The notes under the pieces were generated by a model, which did not search any database, was not told the DNA's origin, and saw only the letters and a program-made list of their open reading frames with translations. A stretch of DNA of 64,000 nt from the NCBI GenBank assembly GCA_001770205.1, contig MEQL01000025.1, forward strand, positions 1 to 64,000, read 5' to 3'. Position numbers and translations under genes: made by a program. Source of the DNA: Bdellovibrionales bacterium RIFOXYD12_FULL_39_22 (GTDB lineage Bacteria; Bdellovibrionota; Bacteriovoracia; Bacteriovoracales; Bacteriovoracaceae). This document shows, piece by piece, positions 8,385 through 17,566 of the stretch; position 1 is the first letter of the stretch; each line of letters opens with the position of its first letter.

Positions 8385-9492
8385 CCATCACCTGCGCTAA
8401 TTGTTCCTGTGGAATAGATTTTATATCACCCTTGAACTTGGGAGCATTGATATTTAAAATGGCCAATGCTTGACACTGTTTCACACAGGCCAAACATTCA
8501 CAACACTCCAGCTCTAATTGAAAGGATGGATACCCGTTATCTTCTTCGCCAATTATTCCTTTAGGGCAAATATTTTGACAGGCGTGACACTTAGTACATC
8601 GCTCACTAACTAACTTTGGCCCAAAATAACTCTTATTATTAAATGTACAAAGCCAATTTGCCACTGAAGATTTAAAGTGAATCGTTGATCCTAAAATATC
8701 CATACAAATTAAAATAGTAAAAACAGAATTGGCCAATAAATATATCGGAAGCATATGGATGAAGGCCGGGTAACTTTCTACATACCACCACAAAAAAAAG
8801 TAAGAAGGAATACTAATCACCATAAGATTGTTGGTTGCCCATTTAAAGGGCAAAAAATCCAAAAAAGGTGTTAGTAAAATTGTTATGGTGTAGGCAATGG
8901 TAATAAGAAAAACATCATGATTATATTGCATGCCTAAAAAAAGCGCAAAAATAATATAATACTTTAGATAAGACAAAAAATAAGTCCCTACCATTCCAAT
9001 GGCCAATTCCATCCGATCAAAAAATGGCATGCGCAAAATATGCATCCGCTCTGAAATAGATCTTTTATCTTGCGCCAGATATTCTGGGAGATCGTAAAAA
9101 CTGGCCGGCCCCCACTCTCCATTAAAACCACTTCGTTGCCGCAAAATCTGCAAATCAACTCCCACTGCTGCCAACTGTGGCAAAATGACTCTTCTGTGTG
9201 ATACCAATTCATCCAACTTATAAGTAAAAATAGCATCTACGACTTTATTTTCATTAAAATCTCCGGCACCTGCGGCACACCAAACATTAACTCCCGCCGA
9301 ATCCACTACCAATATGTAGCAATTCAAATTTTTTAATATCCTTTTCAGCTTAAAAACTGTTAGAAAATAGTTGCCGGAAATTAGCACCAAAGAATTTTTA
9401 TCTGGATGGCCTAAGGCCACGATTCCCGGGGGATACCTCAAGGGAAAATATCTAAATAGTATCGAACAACAATACCAAAAATAATCTTTCAA
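8368..9492 (-). CDS. HgcAB-like fusion: CdhD-type corrinoid-binding domain + transmembrane helices + 2x[4Fe-4S] ferredoxin
   Basis: PPGIVALGHP..S.VLISGNY, cap helix GVNVWCAAGAGDF, HRRVILPQLAAVGV, GF...WGP, several hydrophobic helices, then CTKCHACQNICP and CCECLACVKQC. Confidence 0.9.
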   Translation of the reverse strand: MKDYFWYCCSILFRYFPLRYPPGIVALGHPDKNSLVLISGNYFLTVFKLKRILKNLNCYILVVDSAGVNVWCAAGAGDFNENKVVDAIFTYKLDELVSHRRVILPQLAAVGVDLQILRQRSGFNGEWGPASFYDLPEYLAQDKRSISERMHILRMPFFDRMELAIGMVGTYFLSYLKYYIIFALFLGMQYNHDVFLITIAYTITILLTPFLDFLPFKWATNNLMVISIPSYFFLWWYVESYPAFIHMLPIYLLANSVFTILICMDILGSTIHFKSSVANWLCTFNNKSYFGPKLVSERCTKCHACQNICPKGIIGEEDNGYPSFQLELECCECLACVKQCQALAILNINAPKFKGDIKSIPQEQLAQVMGEKYY

Positions 9493-9508
9493 TGAAAAAA
9501 ATCTCCAT

Positions 9509-10165
9509 TCATGGCCTTTTGCTCACTTTTAAAAAGACTATTCCCCCTCCCATATTTTTCTTTTCATCTATTTTCAGATTAAGCTTTGCAAGATCGTCAG
9601 GAAGATTTTTTACAGGACGAATCACTGTTCTCGTAAAAAGAAAATTTGGAATAAAAGAGATACAAAAAAGCAAGTTATAAAAAAAGGCCTTAATCTTTAC
9701 ATCTGGCCAAAGCTCATCATTTATCAGAATAAATCCCTTATCTTTAAGATGATCTCTCATCTGCATTAAAGTTCTAAATCGTAAATCATCAATTAGTTCT
9801 CCCAACATCAGCGAGGCAATAATCACATCAAATTTCTCTCCATTTAAAACTTTATCCATACTGGCCGATCCCGCATTAACAATTTTAATATTGGAAGATA
9901 GTGATTGCTTTTTAGCGCGAGAACGCAAAATATCTAACATCTGTATCGAACTATCCAAAGCAACAACTTGTGCCCCTTTTTTAGCACAACCAAGTGCAAC
10001 TTTTCCACTGCCACATCCAACATCTAAAACACTATCACCGACACTAACTTGCTCAATTAATTTTTCAAGAGAGCGGCCATATCGACCTAGCGAAATTATA
10101 TTCATAAACTTTTCGTAATGAAAAGGTGCCTGCTCCACGAATTTCATCAAACCATAAATTAGCAC
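9509..10165 (-). CDS. Class I SAM-dependent methyltransferase, resembling corrinoid protein-associated methyltransferase (CpaM-like)
   Basis: VLDVGCGSG motif I. N-terminus YGLMKFVEQAPFHYEK..IISLG resembles the CpaM family as I recall it. Directly upstream of the HgcAB-like gene. Confidence 0.75.
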   Translation of the reverse strand: MLIYGLMKFVEQAPFHYEKFMNIISLGRYGRSLEKLIEQVSVGDSVLDVGCGSGKVALGCAKKGAQVVALDSSIQMLDILRSRAKKQSLSSNIKIVNAGSASMDKVLNGEKFDVIIASLMLGELIDDLRFRTLMQMRDHLKDKGFILINDELWPDVKIKAFFYNLLFCISFIPNFLFTRTVIRPVKNLPDDLAKLNLKIDEKKNMGGGIVFLKVSKRP

Positions 10166-10168
10166 CCA

Positions 10169-11371
10169 TTACCCCCATAGCAAATATTTTAGATGACGAG
10201 CCTCGATTTTTTTTTGCAAAATCCTGTAACGTTTTTCTATGATATCCGAAGAAATTTTATTCGGATAGGTTGACGCTAAAGTATGCGGACGATCTTCATA
10301 CTTAAAAACCATGTACATCCCAAACTTTGCCTGCTCCACTACTTCTACCGATTTATCAAAATCCTCCTCCGTCTCACCAGGGAAACCGACAATGATATTA
10401 GAGCTAATCATGCCTACCTTTGTTTTGGTAATTACCTCATTGACAGTGTCTACCACCTCTCTTGCAGAATAAAAGCGCTTCATCTGCGCCAATACTTGAT
10501 CTGAACCAGACTGAATGGGAGAGCAAAATGCCTTTATCCGGCCAGTAGCAAAAATTGGCATCAACTTATCTTTCAACTTCACCAACCAAAAAGGATCGAT
10601 GTAGCGAAGATTAACAACAAAATTAGAATCAACGGCCAAAATTGCGGATAAAAGATCTGCCAAATCTAATCCAATATCAAATCCATATCCCCCTTGATCT
10701 TCTCCGGTTAGAGCAATCTCTCGCTGCCCTTGTGCCACCCCTTTTCGCACTTGGGACAAAATTAAATCAAGTGGATCACTTTTTATTGGGCCATGGGCAT
10801 GCTTAATTCCACAATAACTACATTTTCCTGTACATCCCATCGCACAGCGAATTAAAAACCATTTCTCTGAAGGCACAGTATATAAAATTTTAGGAACACG
10901 AACTCCGGGAATAAAGGACAATTTCTCAAAACGCTTACGAGTACGGAAGTAGCTATGTATTTTGGGATCAGTATTATATTCATCCTCTGAAACAAAATGG
11001 TTGTCAAACTCCTCAATCTTTTTTTCTACACTCACCACTTTATTAAAATCGGTCATCTCTTGAATGCGTATATATTTTCCTGCAAAAATCTTGTCTACGG
11101 CCGTGCGATTAATCTGGGGCAGACATCCGGTTAGAACTACTTCGGCATCACTTTTTTTACCCTTCGTATACTCTTCTATTTTTTGTAATTCATGATTCTC
11201 CTCACTTTGAGAAAAACCGCAGGTAGAAACAATGATAAAATCTGCTTCTTTAAAATTACTCGTCACCTCCCAATCATTGGCACTATACCAGCGTTTTAGC
11301 ATATTTAAATTCATTGCGTTCTCTGTACAAGGATGATTAGTAGAGTGAAAAAATACTTTTTTTGTTATCAT
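10169..11371 (-). CDS. Methylthiotransferase-like (MiaB/RimO family) radical SAM enzyme lacking TRAM
   Basis: UPF0004-like N-domain with 3 Cys (PCTEN, STCGF, TGCLP), CTGKCSYC, PIQSGSDQVL, IIVGFPGETEEDF. Ends right after the radical SAM core. Confidence 0.85.
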   Translation of the reverse strand: MITKKVFFHSTNHPCTENAMNLNMLKRWYSANDWEVTSNFKEADFIIVSTCGFSQSEENHELQKIEEYTKGKKSDAEVVLTGCLPQINRTAVDKIFAGKYIRIQEMTDFNKVVSVEKKIEEFDNHFVSEDEYNTDPKIHSYFRTRKRFEKLSFIPGVRVPKILYTVPSEKWFLIRCAMGCTGKCSYCGIKHAHGPIKSDPLDLILSQVRKGVAQGQREIALTGEDQGGYGFDIGLDLADLLSAILAVDSNFVVNLRYIDPFWLVKLKDKLMPIFATGRIKAFCSPIQSGSDQVLAQMKRFYSAREVVDTVNEVITKTKVGMISSNIIVGFPGETEEDFDKSVEVVEQAKFGMYMVFKYEDRPHTLASTYPNKISSDIIEKRYRILQKKIEARHLKYLLWG

Positions 11372-11498
11372 CGTTAATAAACCTTATCCACAAGTATCGT
11401 TATTTTTAAAGCGCCACGAATACATTTATCTTGTTAGGCATAATAAAATTTATTAGACTATTTAACAAGTAAACACTCTATGCAAAGGCCAAAAGAAA

Positions 11499-12122
11499 AT
11501 GTCACAACAAAAATCTCTAACGGAATGGTCTGGTTTTCGCGGCACCTTCAACTCTTGGTTTTTTAGCACTGCCGCCCGTCGACTAATTGAGAAAACAGTT
11601 TTTGGAAATTATTGGCCAACCTTTTACACCCAGCTTGAAAAAAATATAAAAACAGGCAATGAGACTATTTTGGACGTCGCCGCAGGATCGGGCAATTTTA
11701 GTATTCCCATTGCCCGCAGACTGCAAAATGGAAAAGTTATTTGTATCGATCGCTCCAAAGAGATGTGTCACTACCTAGCAAAGCGGGCCACTAAAGAGGC
11801 CCTTCTTTCCCGCATAGAAATTATTAATCACGATATTTTAGAAGATGGCCCCCAAGACAACTCGATTGATTGGGCCATTTCTGGAAATTTTATGCACGAA
11901 TGCTCTCGCCCTGAGAAAATATTTAGCAAAATGTATCAAACATTAAGGCCCGGCGGCACCATCTTGGTTGTCGATTTCCGTGATTGGCATGGATATGATG
12001 GCGGTGATTCTCATGGCCCATTTCACCCCGATGAATTTGGCCAACTATTTACCAATGCTAATTTTAAAAATATTAACATTCAAACCAAGCGACACTTCGT
12101 CATTGGAACTGCCAACAAATAG
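11499..12122 (+). CDS. Class I SAM-dependent methyltransferase (UbiE-like fold)
   Basis: ILDVAAGSG, IDRS.EM, LRPGGTILVVDF. Confidence 0.85.
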   Translation: MSQQKSLTEWSGFRGTFNSWFFSTAARRLIEKTVFGNYWPTFYTQLEKNIKTGNETILDVAAGSGNFSIPIARRLQNGKVICIDRSKEMCHYLAKRATKEALLSRIEIINHDILEDGPQDNSIDWAISGNFMHECSRPEKIFSKMYQTLRPGGTILVVDFRDWHGYDGGDSHGPFHPDEFGQLFTNANFKNINIQTKRHFVIGTANK

Positions 12123-12138
12123 CTTCTTAGGGTGCATT

Positions 12139-13389
12139 ATGAAAACTTTTTGTGTTGTTCCGTCCGCCCATGCCTGTACCGAACTAGTAGTAGAAACCAA
12201 TCAACTGCGCACTTATATGAAGGCCGCCAATTTTGAAGAGATTGATAATAAGTTAAAAAGCGATGCTGAGTATATTTTGGTGGCAACCTGTGCTTTCAAT
12301 CAAGAGTTTGAAAATGAGGCCTTCGCTAATATTACCAGTGCCATAAAGCAAAAACGCGCCGATGCTAAAGTGATCGTCTCTGGATGTTATCCAAAAATTG
12401 CACCACTTACCTATAAAAGTTTTGCCAATGAGACGGTAGACATTCCACCACTTAATATGAAAAAAATTGAAACAATTGTTCCGGCAAAAGTGGCCTTTAA
12501 TGAAACTATCCCGAATACTGTAAATCTTCATGAATATTTAAAAGATAGAGTCTTTGCCAAAGGAATAAAACTAAAAAATTTCTGTCGCACTTTAAATAAA
12601 ATTTTACCCTTTAATACGGAACCCAAATGGCTAGACTCTCTTCCCATGACAGATTGGTATTTTATTCAAGGCGGTAATGGCTGCTTAGGAAAATGTACTT
12701 TTTGTGCCATAAAACATGCGCGCGGAGGTATTCAAAGTGTGGGAATTGATCAAATCATTCCTCAGGTAGAAAAAGCAGTACGCCGAGGATATCAAACCAT
12801 CTCTTTTGCCGCCACTGATATGGGATGCTGGGGGGCCGAACGTGGCCAAACTCTGGCCGACCTTTTAAAAGAAGTTATCAAAGTAAAAGGCGACTTTGTA
12901 GTTGATATGCACTACTTTGAGCCAGAATGGCTGATTAAAAATTTAGGTGAGCTTACCCCTGTTTTTCAATCAGGGAAGATAAAATCTTTTGGAACTCCCG
13001 TGCAATCTGGCTCTAATAAAATTTTAGAAAAAATGGGGCGAGCATACAAAATTGAAGAGTTTATTTCCGCTGTAAATTTTGTCTTAGAAAAAACTAAAGT
13101 ACGCAGCTTAAACTCCATTATAATGGTGGGCTTTCCTTCTGAAACAGTAGAAGACTATTTGGCCTCCTATAATCTTATTAACAAGGTAAAAGTATCTTAC
13201 TGGTGCCTTTTAAAATATGAGGGACGCTATAAGGTGGAAAGTGAATTGTTGCCTGATAAGGTTTCTGAAGAGATTAAAAATGGCCGACTAGAACGGATTA
13301 AACTAAAGGCCATGCTACGCAACTATGTAGGATTACCAGATCTTCTTACTGAAAAAATGGTCTCTGCCAAATATGGCCCAGTTCGTTAA
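12139..13389 (+). CDS. Second methylthiotransferase-like radical SAM enzyme lacking TRAM
   Basis: 3 N-domain Cys (ACTEL, ATCAF, SGCYP), CLGKCTFC, PVQSGSNKIL, IMVGFPSET. Start reassigned to ATG 12139, after the methyltransferase stop. Confidence 0.85.
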   Translation: MKTFCVVPSAHACTELVVETNQLRTYMKAANFEEIDNKLKSDAEYILVATCAFNQEFENEAFANITSAIKQKRADAKVIVSGCYPKIAPLTYKSFANETVDIPPLNMKKIETIVPAKVAFNETIPNTVNLHEYLKDRVFAKGIKLKNFCRTLNKILPFNTEPKWLDSLPMTDWYFIQGGNGCLGKCTFCAIKHARGGIQSVGIDQIIPQVEKAVRRGYQTISFAATDMGCWGAERGQTLADLLKEVIKVKGDFVVDMHYFEPEWLIKNLGELTPVFQSGKIKSFGTPVQSGSNKILEKMGRAYKIEEFISAVNFVLEKTKVRSLNSIIMVGFPSETVEDYLASYNLINKVKVSYWCLLKYEGRYKVESELLPDKVSEEIKNGRLERIKLKAMLRNYVGLPDLLTEKMVSAKYGPVR

Positions 13390-13491
13390 CCAAGTTAGTG
13401 CTAATTTTTCCAGAAGTTTTTTTATAGACTCCTTCTTTTTATTCAAGAATAATAATAGTGAGTATTTTTATTATAAATTTAGGAGGATTTT

Positions 13492-15051
13492 ATGGCAAAA
13501 AAATGGGGATCTTTAATTGTCCTGACATTTCTGTTTTTACATAATGTTTTTGCAATCAGCACAAAGGCCACCGCCGAATCTACTAGCGAACTTAAAGCTC
13601 CGGCAATTACCTTTAAAATTTTAACTGACGTAACCATGGCACCCCTTTTAAAGCAGGCCGCTGAGCGGGCCAAACGCCGGGCCGTCGCCTCTGATCAACT
13701 AATCGATCCAACGAAAATGAGCAAAGAATATACTTCCTTTCGTGATAGATTTATCAACGCCAAATCTCCTGATGATGTGGCCCGCGAAGTGGCATTCTTA
13801 GAAAAAGGTTATAGTGATTTCCCTCTGGACTTACAATATTTTGCTGCGCAGATGATCCCCATTAAGGCCTTTCGTGGAATAGTCTACCGCATGGTTCCCT
13901 TGGCAGAAAAAGAGAACATCACGCACAGTGCTCTTTTAACTACAGTGCAAGGTTTTGTTGAACAAATGGGCATTTATATCCCCAAGGATCACGCCAAAGC
14001 ACTCTTAGATTATCTTTTGTCTCCCTATGTAACTGAGGACAATAGCATTGTTACACAAATAAAGTCCTCAGCAGATCTACAACGTTATGTGGCACAAGAA
14101 GTTATTCCTATGACCTCCAACGCCATTTTTCGCCTGCAAGAAATCCAAATTGGCAACAATGACGTTATTTGGGACAATACTATAATTTACGGTAACACGG
14201 CATTCCTGGACGATATAAGACGCTATAGAATAATTGCTGATGTCGATCGTTATGCCGCTATTGCCCATCTTCATTCTGCCTTAGCGCACTTGTGCTTTTT
14301 AGATGCTTATAACCTAGATCGCCTCTCCGAGTTACTTAAAGATGAGGGTAAATTAGTGGGATTAGATGGCTTCTTAGCAAAAAAAATCGAAGGCGCCACC
14401 TCACTGGATCGAGCGGAGGTCATGCAAAAAGAGCGCTATGAAAAACTATTTGTCACGACTAACTATGCAAATACCAAAGAGTGGATGGCACTCTCTTTTA
14501 CCAACTTGGAACAAAGTATTCGTAATATTCGTCTAGTATGGAACGAGACTAAAAATCGTCCGGCCGAAGAGTTTGCCATTTTGGATTCTACCAAAGTTAT
14601 TCCTTGGGAAAAAGATATTGAAATTAATCTTTCTATTGCCGAGGTCATCATGGAAGGAAAGGCCCAAATTCGTAGTGCCGTTTCAGGAGAGAAGTTGACA
14701 ATTAATCTGCCTGGTTTTTTCGAAAATCCACCCAAAGATTTGAAAAAACTTTTACCAATCGTTCCGGCAAATTGGAAAAAAACTGATCGCTACGCATATT
14801 TAAAGCTTCCTCCTAACGTTAAAAATCCTAATAACCGTAGTTATGATGATTTAGAAGGAAATCCTGGGACAAACAAGAAGGATTTTCAGTATCGAAACTA
14901 CTATCATGGCCAGGCCAAAGAGTGGAATTTGGACGCTTACAAAACTCTCTTTCCAGAGCTGGCCAGCGGAAAAGATATTAAAAAGGCCGTACGCATTTTA
15001 AGCGAGACTTGGAATAGTTCTCAGGTAACGGCCATCTCTTTCATGCAATAA
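13492..15051 (+). CDS. Secreted hypothetical protein (519 aa, helical)
   Basis: AGGAGG RBS, signal peptide ending VFA; no recognisable motif. Confidence 0.7.
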   Translation: MAKKWGSLIVLTFLFLHNVFAISTKATAESTSELKAPAITFKILTDVTMAPLLKQAAERAKRRAVASDQLIDPTKMSKEYTSFRDRFINAKSPDDVAREVAFLEKGYSDFPLDLQYFAAQMIPIKAFRGIVYRMVPLAEKENITHSALLTTVQGFVEQMGIYIPKDHAKALLDYLLSPYVTEDNSIVTQIKSSADLQRYVAQEVIPMTSNAIFRLQEIQIGNNDVIWDNTIIYGNTAFLDDIRRYRIIADVDRYAAIAHLHSALAHLCFLDAYNLDRLSELLKDEGKLVGLDGFLAKKIEGATSLDRAEVMQKERYEKLFVTTNYANTKEWMALSFTNLEQSIRNIRLVWNETKNRPAEEFAILDSTKVIPWEKDIEINLSIAEVIMEGKAQIRSAVSGEKLTINLPGFFENPPKDLKKLLPIVPANWKKTDRYAYLKLPPNVKNPNNRSYDDLEGNPGTNKKDFQYRNYYHGQAKEWNLDAYKTLFPELASGKDIKKAVRILSETWNSSQVTAISFMQ

Positions 15052-15067
15052 TCTTTTTTTTTACTTA

Positions 15068-17242
15068 ATGAATCTATTAGAACGTTTTGAAGCTCTGCTA
15101 CTTGCTCTTTACCAGGCAAGTAGCAGACATCCTCGCTTGATAGTTCTATTTTTTATACTCTTGTCTTTTTTCTTTTCTTTTTTTATTCCTAAGCTTTTTT
15201 TTCATATTAACACTGAAAATCTTGTAGATAAAAATTCTCTCTCTAGTAACCGATTGGAAAAATTGCAACAAGACTTTCCGACAAAAAATTCACTCTACCT
15301 TTTCTTTCACTCTCCCACTCCCTTTGTGGGAAACACTCTATGCACCATAGATAGTTGGTTAAAGGCACAAGGCCGCCACAATACTCACATCAGTGCCATT
15401 CGCTCTCCATTTTTTTTGCGACGCCCCCAGGTTAACAATGAACTGCTTTTTTATCCGTACCTAATACCTCCTCCTTGCCTGAAAGAAAATAGAGATAAGG
15501 TATATGACTTTTCTCTGATTGATCAATCGCCTTGGCGACAAATTCTTACTACTAAGGCCGGAGATTTTTTTGGAGTAGAAATTTTATTTCATGATACTCC
15601 CGGCGGCAGTCAATTTGGCAAATTTGATCCAGCAATTTTACGTGCTTTCAAACATGAGTTTGATTCATTTATCCGAAACACCCTTCCAACCATCAAAACT
15701 GATTTTTTAGGCCACATGGGATATTTCCATTACGGCATAGAGGGGTTAGCGCAAACTAATCTTTTAAATGTTGCTCTTATTCTTCTTCTAATCTTTTTAT
15801 GTAAATTGGCCTTTGGAACCTATAAGTCCGGCCTTCTTCTTACTTTGACCTTAGTAATGATGGGAGGAGTATTATATGGCGCCATGGCCCTCTTTGGTAG
15901 TCCGGTGGATACTCTTAATGCTGGACTATTTCTCATCGTCACCATCGCAGTTGCTGAAGATTTTTTTTTCCTCTCTGTCTGGCAATTACAACATCCGAAA
16001 GATCACGAAGATCTTTTTGTAAAATTTCTTGTTCCCTGTTTTTTTACCTCCTTCACCACCATTATAGGCTTTGGCTCTCTTTGCTTAACAGACCTTACCA
16101 TTATTCAACGCTTCGGGTTTTGGGCGGCCTTTGGGGCCCTTTGGGAATGGCTTTTAATTTTCTTTTTTCTGCCGGCCTTTTTACAACTCTTTCCCAACTG
16201 GAAAATTTGGACAGATCAGCGAAAAGCAAGATTTTATAAATTTTCAAAAAGAATCCTTTTACGCCAACTTCCCTCGCCTTTAATAAGGCCACTCATAATA
16301 TTAGGCTGCTTTTCACTTTTTTTACTCTTTCATTTAAAGATTGCAGATGCTCCTTTTAAAATCTTCCCCCAAGATCATCCCTTTCGAGCAGGTATTTTAC
16401 GGATTCAAGAAAAAAGTGGATGGCAAGTATCATTTGATATGATCTTCGAAAATAAAGACGATCAAGTTTTTAATGAAATGATTATGCAAAAATTGGCCAA
16501 TGATCCACTAATTAGCTTTGTGCAAAATCCCTACGAAATTGAACGCTACTACACCCAAGATTTTCCTCCTCTGACTCAAAAACTTATTTTACGTGAATAT
16601 TCTTGGACGACAGATTACAAACGCCATAAATCTTCTCAAGGCCAGCTCCATTCTACGATCTTTGGCCGAGAAAATAGCATTGAAGATTTTTCTCAGTTAA
16701 TTGCTAAAATTAACACCTGGTGTGAGAATGGCAAAAGATGCTATCCCACCGGAGATGCGATCTCTTTTGCAGAAATTGCCATGCAAATTCCAAAAGTTTT
16801 AATTGAAAGTTTTTTTTATAGCGTCTTTTTTGTTACGGCCATATTAGTTTTCATTCTGGCACAAACTGGACATGGAAGTGTCCGAAACATTTTTGCCACT
16901 CTGGTCTCTTCATTGTGGGGGCCCTCTATCATGATTTTAATTTTTTGGGCCTTTGGCGTCTCTTTAAATTTTATCACCTGCACCTTTGCCAGTGTTTTGG
17001 TGGGACTAACTGGAGATAATGCCGTTCAATTTATTTTTGCGGCCCGCAGAAAAAATATCTCGGTGGGAATTGTGGAACAAGGAGTCAGTTCTATTCATAT
17101 TGCCATTATAACCTTTTTGGCCAGCAGTGTATTTTTATTTTCCTATTTTGAAGCAATGCGGACAATGGGCCTTTTAACCGCCACCGGCATCGTGATTATG
17201 AATTTTGGGGATATTTGGCCTTTAAAAAAGCTACTCTCTTAA
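15068..17242 (+). CDS. MMPL/RND-superfamily membrane transporter
   Basis: Two repeats of TM + large loop + about 5 TMs; IAVAEDFFF and GLTGDNAVQF motifs; TTIIGFGSL. Confidence 0.8.
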   Translation: MNLLERFEALLLALYQASSRHPRLIVLFFILLSFFFSFFIPKLFFHINTENLVDKNSLSSNRLEKLQQDFPTKNSLYLFFHSPTPFVGNTLCTIDSWLKAQGRHNTHISAIRSPFFLRRPQVNNELLFYPYLIPPPCLKENRDKVYDFSLIDQSPWRQILTTKAGDFFGVEILFHDTPGGSQFGKFDPAILRAFKHEFDSFIRNTLPTIKTDFLGHMGYFHYGIEGLAQTNLLNVALILLLIFLCKLAFGTYKSGLLLTLTLVMMGGVLYGAMALFGSPVDTLNAGLFLIVTIAVAEDFFFLSVWQLQHPKDHEDLFVKFLVPCFFTSFTTIIGFGSLCLTDLTIIQRFGFWAAFGALWEWLLIFFFLPAFLQLFPNWKIWTDQRKARFYKFSKRILLRQLPSPLIRPLIILGCFSLFLLFHLKIADAPFKIFPQDHPFRAGILRIQEKSGWQVSFDMIFENKDDQVFNEMIMQKLANDPLISFVQNPYEIERYYTQDFPPLTQKLILREYSWTTDYKRHKSSQGQLHSTIFGRENSIEDFSQLIAKINTWCENGKRCYPTGDAISFAEIAMQIPKVLIESFFYSVFFVTAILVFILAQTGHGSVRNIFATLVSSLWGPSIMILIFWAFGVSLNFITCTFASVLVGLTGDNAVQFIFAARRKNISVGIVEQGVSSIHIAIITFLASSVFLFSYFEAMRTMGLLTATGIVIMNFGDIWPLKKLLS

Positions 17243-17263
17243 TCATCCTCCCCCAGCTGAATT

Positions 17264-17557
17264 CTAATTTTTAAAAAAAGATTCCGTTGGATAGTAGGCA
17301 CGATCATCTAGTTTGAAGGCCTCCAATTCAACATCTTGAGGATATTCACATGTAAAAGATAATTCTTGGGGATGAGTACGTGTGACTAAAAAGCGATGAC
17401 TGGGCCCTTTTGGTTTTATTTCAATCATCTCCTGTTGTGTGGAACCATCGCGAAATTGTCGTATCATTTGCGCCTGAACTTTCTGCCCTTCTTGTTTATT
17501 TATCTGCAAGTGCAAAAGAAAATATCGCTCATCCCATGTATAATCTAGCTTTTTCAT
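17264..17557 (-). CDS. Small hypothetical protein co-transcribed with the AmmeMemoRadiSam-type enzyme
   Basis: 97-aa ORF 9 bp downstream of the radical SAM stop, with GAGGGG RBS. Confidence 0.6.
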   Translation of the reverse strand: MKKLDYTWDERYFLLHLQINKQEGQKVQAQMIRQFRDGSTQQEMIEIKPKGPSHRFLVTRTHPQELSFTCEYPQDVELEAFKLDDRAYYPTESFFKN

Positions 17558-17566
17558 AATACCCCT

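Noticed and set aside
8368..9492. Calling this a mercury methylation gene (hgcA/hgcB)
   Set aside because: Fused architecture, GA instead of GK in the cap helix and no C-terminal Cys pair; activity cannot be inferred.
11384..11392. Perfect DnaA box TTATCCACA in the cluster's divergent promoter region
   Set aside because: Single 9-mer, plausible by chance in 64 kb; no box cluster or origin-linked genes.
11499..12122. Arsenite methyltransferase ArsM
   Set aside because: Lacks the ArsM SNCV-type and other conserved Cys motifs (reads ISGNFMHEC).
10169..13389. Naming the radical SAM genes miaB, mtaB or rimO
   Set aside because: No TRAM domain, divergent N-terminal motif, and paralogous pair in an accessory cluster.
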